A DNA stretch of 63,462 bases, counting the filler, from Stramenopiles sp. TOSAG23-6 (taxonomy: Eukaryota), in NCBI GenBank assembly GCA_900128565.1. It is 22 parts of 22 records of this genome, joined end to end, with 100 filler letters (N's around TTAATTAATTAA, not from the genome) between each part and the next. Parts side by side here need not be neighbours in the genome. Positions count along the whole stretch, not along the records: positions 57,571 to 63,462 come from LT636805.1; 21 more parts are not named here. The stretch is one strand, 5' to 3'. Positions within the stretch are counted from its first letter, which is position 1, and the number at the start of each line of letters is the position of its first letter. Position numbers and translations under genes: made by a program. The notes beneath the pieces were generated by a model. The model saw only the letters and a program-made list of their open reading frames with translations. It did no database searches and was not told where the DNA came from. Of the stretch, positions 58,070-63,462 are shown in pieces.

Positions 58070-58448
58070 TAAAATGGAAATATATACTGAAAAAAATACG
58101 ACCAGTTTTTTAAAAATAATCAAGAAACTATACATTTCATGAAAATGCTGTTTTGTTATTTTTTTTAATGTTTTTCTAATAATAATAAATCTAAGTTGTT
58201 ATTGCTACCCATTTTTTTTCTAATACGAATAAATATAGTTGTTATCCAATTACTGGATTGATTTCAATGATTTGTGAACAACAGTCATAATAATAATAAA
58301 GATATAAGTAGATGCGACGGTTAAAAATTCAACCGTTTCAATTCCTAAAAAAACGAAATGATGGTACCCAAACGGCAACCAAGGACCAAGCGCAAGGCAC
58401 TAACACTATTCACCACTGATGATACATATTTTTCGTCTTTAAATTGAC

Positions 58449-60068
58449 ATGGTGTGTACTCCGAATAAGGCTTTCAAATACTTTCCTAGAAGGATGTATT
58501 TTCTTCTTTGGTTTACGTTTTTATTGTCATTCGTCGCTATCGGTGATGCTCGATCAAAGAGATACAAGAAACGTCGTATACATTCTGAACCAAAAGAAAC
58601 AACTTCGACCCAGTCGTCTTATCAACCTTCACGTAACAGATCAAGAAAGAGGAAGAAGACCAATGAAAGTGGCCGAGTTACTAGCGACACTACCAATCTC
58701 ACATTCGATACACTTCAGTCAGATCTTCACAATTATGAAGATACGGAAAACGAAGAAGTTCTCGTAGATGTTCAAGGAGGCACCATTCAAAATGTTCACT
58801 ATTTTGCAAATAACGAAGTCCATACATGCCAGCAATGCGAATTGAATGGTTTGGGTTGGAATCCAGTTCACAGGTTTTGTGGTATTTTTGATCACACGGA
58901 ATGTGCAAATGATGCTACTGATGTCGCGAGGAAAGGGAGAAAACTAAAGTTATATATCCAAAAGAATGCTCAAACTTTGGTACAAGAAGCATTTGATTTC
59001 TTTGGTGCTCGAAAATATAAAGTTGGTCTAAATTTATTGGATTACGCACTTATTGTAATAGATGATCTAGCGGGTGCTAAAGTATGGGCAGCCAGAGGTA
59101 TGGTGTTGTGCAAAGAAGGGTATTTTAGAGATTGCATACGCAGTTTTGACAAGGCCTTGAAAATAGACCCTAACTATGCTGACGCAGATATGTATGCTAA
59201 TCGAGGAGCAGCGTATGTTAAATTAGATCAGCATCATGCTGCTCTAGCAGACTTTGACCGAGCTATCGCAATTAAAAGTGACCATCTTCGGGCAAAGAAC
59301 TTCAGGGCAGTCTCCCTTCAGGAAATAGGGAGATTCGAGGAAGCTTTGGCCGGATTTCAAGAAATTGAAGCTATTAATCCGAATCTTGCAGGACCAGGTG
59401 AACTAAATTTTAATATTGGTGTAGTGCTACAGAAGTTGGGGCGCCATAATGAAGCAGTTGCAAATTTTGACAAGGGTATGAAGCATAATAATAAAAGTGC
59501 TGATGCATGGTCAAATCGTGGCCTTGCTGTGATAATGTTGGGTGATGAAGAGGCTGGAATCCAATGTTTTGATAAAGCAATTGAAATTGAACCTAATCAT
59601 TTTCCAGCCCTTGCAAACAGAGGTCGACGTAGATATCTTATGGGAGATTATGAAAAATCACTGCATGATTGGGAAAAAGTGATTGCTGTTGGAATCAATA
59701 AAGTAGATGGATATGAAGGTGCAGGTCGAGCGCTGATGAAGCTGAATCAACCAGAAGAAGCCTTTAAAATGTGTGCAAAAGCTGTAGAAATTCATCTAAG
59801 AACGTGGGGAGCTCCAGCGCTGGGAATCACAGGAGAAGATGTTGGCAATTTGTATCAATTTATTAAAAACGGTAAAAGTAAAGAAGTGCTAAACATGTTG
59901 AGATCTCAGCCAAAATTGGCTTTTTTGAGATCTGAAGATGGACAGGGTCCTTTATTTTGGGCTAGAAAATTTAAATTTCGTGGGATTTCAAAAATACTTG
60001 AAGAAGCTGGTTCAGCCACACTTGCAATGGATAGTCATTGTAAAACTCTTTTTACAGTAGGAAAATAA
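58449..60068 (+). CDS. TPR-repeat protein with N-terminal signal/TM and C-terminal ankyrin-like repeat
   Basis: Multiple TPRs (e.g. AWSNRGLA..FDKAIEIEPN) and C-terminal DGQGPLFWA. Confidence 0.88.
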   Translation: MVCTPNKAFKYFPRRMYFLLWFTFLLSFVAIGDARSKRYKKRRIHSEPKETTSTQSSYQPSRNRSRKRKKTNESGRVTSDTTNLTFDTLQSDLHNYEDTENEEVLVDVQGGTIQNVHYFANNEVHTCQQCELNGLGWNPVHRFCGIFDHTECANDATDVARKGRKLKLYIQKNAQTLVQEAFDFFGARKYKVGLNLLDYALIVIDDLAGAKVWAARGMVLCKEGYFRDCIRSFDKALKIDPNYADADMYANRGAAYVKLDQHHAALADFDRAIAIKSDHLRAKNFRAVSLQEIGRFEEALAGFQEIEAINPNLAGPGELNFNIGVVLQKLGRHNEAVANFDKGMKHNNKSADAWSNRGLAVIMLGDEEAGIQCFDKAIEIEPNHFPALANRGRRRYLMGDYEKSLHDWEKVIAVGINKVDGYEGAGRALMKLNQPEEAFKMCAKAVEIHLRTWGAPALGITGEDVGNLYQFIKNGKSKEVLNMLRSQPKLAFLRSEDGQGPLFWARKFKFRGISKILEEAGSATLAMDSHCKTLFTVGK

Positions 60069-60307
60069 AAGTTTAATACTAATCAGATTTGAGTGTTTTT
60101 AGATTTTATTTATAAAAATAATTGAAAACCCAATCAAACTCAAATTAAGCAAAATAAAATCTATTTATCTCAATTTCCGATTTCTCAGAACACGAAGATT
60201 TCAGTCCAGTTCACATCAAAAAACACTTTGTGTGACTTTACACAAGTGCCTCTGCAAACTCTATAAGGGACGGGAGTACTACTAGAGTAGTAACAAATTT
60301 CTATTTT

Positions 60308-62046
60308 ATGTCTTCTATAACTGCGTTTGTAGTATGCGTTGCTACTGGTTGTGCATGGTGCTATGCTCGTTCTAGACATGGCCCTGATATCTTTAAGAAA
60401 GTTCCAAAATGGCAACGAAAGAAAATGCGTCGAAAGTTGCGNAAAAAAAAAGCAACGATTAGTTCAAATTCAGCGCAAGAAGGAAAAAGAGACAAAGCGG
60501 AAACTAAAACGATTTAATAGTACGTGTGGTGATGTATTTGTACAAGGTTCTGATCGTGTATGGATGAAAGATGATGATTGGCTTGATAATCAGGTTAGAG
60601 CTTTACCCGCAATGGCTGAGTTCCCACATCTTATCAAACCTGCTCAAACAGCTCTCAAAGCTTGGCGTATACGCTTTAATAAAACTACTTGGAAGCGCCT
60701 TTTTAAATTATCTGGAAGAGATGGGCGTGGAGATGGTGCAAAAGAGCGTGTATTGAAGGAATTGAATGAATGTGTCCCAGTAATTGCATATGTTCTTGAC
60801 GCTGTCTCAAGATGGAATAGAAAATCTAAAGAATCTAAAGCTTCCAGAGAGTCAGACTCTAAAATCACTATAGTTGACCTTTGTAGTGGCTTTGGGATTT
60901 TGTCAATGTTTTTATCAGAAATACTCCCACCTGAAAAAGTAAAAGCAATAGTTTTAATTGATAAAATGTGGCCTCTGAAAAATCAATCACCAAAAACAAA
61001 TTCAAACCAAATTTCGTGTGAACATTTAACTACACCTGGTTGGCCTATTGCATTATATAAACGAAAAGTCAATATAAAAGCAAAACGAGAATTGAGACAA
61101 ATACACAAATACGTGTTTGATAGAGCTTCTGAATCTGGACCGACCATTATTATAGGAATACATTTATGTGGAAGTTTAAGTAACAGAGTATGTTTTCAAA
61201 AAAAAAAAAAAAAAAAAATTCATACGAAATATTTTTTCATACGAAATTTTGTACCTAACAAAATAATTTTAAAAAATTTATATATTTTTTTACAATACAA
61301 GCAGTACAACTTTTTAATCAAAGAAAAGATGTCAAACTCTTAATATTGAAGCCATGTTGTTTGCCAGGATACAAAGCTGTCCATCAAGAGCTTGAATGGA
61401 CTTTAGGTAAGCATCATTTCACAGCTGCGGAATTATGTATGTTTTAATTTTTTTTTTTTTTTCCAGTAAAAAAAAAAAAATCGAATTTTTTTTTTTTGGT
61501 TTTAATTTTGTACCTAACAAATTTTTTTTTTTAGAAAAATTTTGAAATATTTTTCCAAAATACATATGAAAATAATAATAATAATAACAAAGATATGGAA
61601 ACCCAAATGTGTTCAAATGTCAAATATGTATTGAAAAATAGTACAAATAATCAAAAATGTCTTAGTAAGAGTTGTACTGGACATCATCATGAAAAAGAAG
61701 GATCAAGATTTGATAAATGGTGTAATCATGTATGTTTTTTTTTTTTTTAACAAAAAAATCCAATTTTTTTTTTCGTACGAAATTTTGTACCTAACGATTT
61801 TTTTTTAGAAAAATTTTGAAATATTTTTCCAAAATACATTTGTTCTTAGGCATTGACACCTCTTCTTTCTCTTCTTCTTCTTCTTTTTCAGATGATAATA
61901 ATCATAATCATGATACTAATGCACATAGTATTATTGGCAATTTGGAATGTGTTGGTAAAAAAAGTTCTTTTATTGCGGGTTCAAGAAAACCATTTGATAT
62001 TTCTTCATGGAAAAAACATCTTGTTGACATCCAAAGTTGTTCTTAA
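60308..62046 (+). CDS. Class I SAM-dependent methyltransferase-domain protein (4 exons; frameshift at N ~60442)
   Basis: IVDLCSGFG, GIHLCGSLSNRAVQLFN and LILKPCCLPG after splicing. Confidence 0.82.
61188..61300 (+). other. Family intron, GT-AA, 113 nt
   Basis: aga|GTATG..TACAATACAA|gca gta; only this join reaches LILKPCCLPG. Confidence 0.8.
61437..61565 (+). other. Family intron, GT-AT, 129 nt
   Basis: ttAT|GTATG..CCAAAATACAT|at gaa. Confidence 0.78.
61730..61839 (+). other. Family intron, GT-AT, 110 nt
   Basis: aatcAT|GTATG..CCAAAATACAT|ttg ttc. Confidence 0.8.
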
Positions 62047-62367
62047 TAAAAATAAAAAAAATTGTTAGGTACAAAATTTTTATAAAAAACCAAAACCAAA
62101 ACAAAAAAAAAAAAATTTCAAAATTTTCAAATGTATTTTTTTTATACTAAACTACTATATACTATAATAACTATAATAAAGAAATTTCAAAAGTCTTTTT
62201 CTTTTTTGTACTACAGTATATACTAGGTTAGTATTCAAAACATTTCGTACCAAATTCCGTACCTAAGGATTTTTATTAATTACAACATTCAAGAGATTTT
62301 AGTAAAAGTCTTTTTTTATTTTTTTCGAATTTTTTTTTTTTTTTGGTTTTCATACGAAATTTTGTAC

Positions 62368-63334
62368 CTAACAATTTTTTTTAGATTTTTTTTTACATTC
62401 AAGGGATTGGAGAATCTCCTCAGCAGCTCTTTCACCACTCAACATTGCAGCATGAACTGAACCTTGATACTCTCCATCAGTTGCTTCGCCAGCAAAGAAC
62501 AAACAATTTGGAATATTCTTATCCACATTACTCCCTACTGGTTCAGCTAAATCAAATATTGTGAAGAAATATTTTTCAAAATTTAATTTTTTTTAGTTTT
62601 TTAGTTTTTTAGTTTTTTAGTTGGTTAAAAAAAAAAAAAAAAAAAAATCTTTTTTGTTTTTTTGTTTTTTTGTTTTTTTGTTTTTTTGTTTTTTTGTTTA
62701 GGTATGAAATTTCGTATGAAAACCAAAAAAAAAAAAAAATGAAATTCATGATGAAAACAAACATTTGCATCATCATCTTTTGTATTCATATTATAGTAAC
62801 TATACGCGCCTCTACTAAACTCATCTTCACCCCATCGAGTCACATGAGAAAACACCAAAACACTTCCACATATAGATTTCGTGTTTTCATTACTTTTGTG
62901 AATTGGATGATTTAGATTCATTTTGATCAATTTTTTTTTTTTCGTGGATTTCGTGGGATTAGGGTTAGGGTTTTCAAACATTTCTTTCAAACTACATAAT
63001 GCTGCAATAACAATTTCATTGTCAGTCAAATCTCTAATTTTAAGTGCTTCATTGCCAACAATTGATGCAGATAAGACAGGTATTCCTTTCAATTTATAAT
63101 GATTTTCAAATACACTCACTTTCAAATGTTTAGGGTTAGGGTTAGGGTTAGGGTTAGGGTGTATAGTAGACAGATTCTTCTCGAGTGTGTGAAGTTGGTT
63201 AGGGTTAATATTGGCTAAAAAAGGAGCATTTTTTGGCCAAAAACAAGATTCAAATTGAAGAATAATTTTTGTGTATTCACACACACCAATACGTTGAATA
63301 GCATTTTGTTTTTTTATTGGAAGAGGTGGATGAA
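62368..63334 (-). CDS. Flavin-dependent amine (polyamine) oxidase, C-terminal exons
   Basis: F.PPLP..KQNAIQRIG, KIILQF..FW, TRWGEDEFSRGAYSY, LAEPV and LFFAGEAT..YQGSVHAAMLSGERAA. Confidence 0.9.
62554..62762 (-). other. Family intron, GT-TT, 209 nt
   Basis: aat|GTTTG..CATACCTAA..CACAATATTT|gat tta gct; gives DDANDLAEPV. Confidence 0.68.
63130..63160 (+). repeat. Interstitial (TTAGGG)5 inside coding sequence
   Basis: Five exact telomeric hexamers encoding PNPNPNPNP on the minus strand. Confidence 0.9.
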
Positions 63335-63398
63335 ATGTAATTTTGAGAAAATATTTAAAAAAAAATGAAAAATTTTGTTAGGTACAAAATTATCTACG

Positions 63399-63438
<40 letters not shown>

Positions 63439-63462
63439 GAATTTTTTTTTTTTTGGAAAAAA

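Noticed and set aside
60430-60450. Programmed frameshift in the methyltransferase gene
   Set aside because: The shift coincides with an N beside a poly-A run, so it is an assembly error.
8590-61800. Recurrent TTCGTACGAAATTTTGTACCTAAC as a CRISPR repeat or prokaryotic REP
   Set aside because: Copies are dispersed inside eukaryotic genes with no spacer periodicity and no cas genes; they are intron-internal motifs.
4962-62762. DNA-level excision like ciliate IESs
   Set aside because: All complete copies are oriented with the host transcript and carry donor-like and branch-like signals, which points to RNA splicing. It is not formally excluded without RNA or DNA variant data.
878-62915. Many short antisense or nested ORFs and F/K-rich ORFs in the track
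   Set aside because: They are shadows of real genes or translations of the intron family and homopolymer runs.
1-63462. Alternative genetic code
   Set aside because: TAA, TAG and TGA all terminate recognisable genes, and internal stops are explained by introns apart from one TGA.

Overview
This is AT-rich nuclear DNA from a flagellated microbial eukaryote (POC1, TEDC1, myosin, TERT); a stramenopile-like single-cell or metagenome assembly is my inference. It is not one locus. It is 22 short contigs joined by artificial N-TTAATTAATTAA-N spacers, so gene order across spacers is meaningless, and several junctions look like amplification chimeras. Recognisable genes: TOP3B, FAAP100, DP transcription factor, a TERT fragment missed by the ORF track, SulP, S1P lyase, cyclin, thioredoxin reductase, RETSAT-like, TEDC1, TBC-TLDc, BAR-RhoGAP, cyclophilin, POC1, 5'-nucleotidase, SET methyltransferase, MyTH4 myosin, PPi-PFK, a TPR protein and a flavin amine oxidase. 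The main finding is one homogeneous family of ~90-210 nt introns, with about 29 complete and many partial copies; complete copies are always sense to the host gene. Consensus: GTATG/GTACG-TTTT ... TTTCGTACGAAA-TTTTGTACCTAAC ... AAATATTTTTYCAMAATACAT. Rebuilding conserved protein motifs shows most do not end in AG (about 18 GT-AT, plus GT-TT, GT-AA and AT-AT; only about 4 end in AG). The 3' end sits about 15-17 nt after an AAATA box whatever the terminal dinucleotide. An AT direct repeat and short terminal inverted repeats suggest an introner or transposon origin. All splice sites are inferred from DNA and protein conservation and need RNA-seq confirmation.
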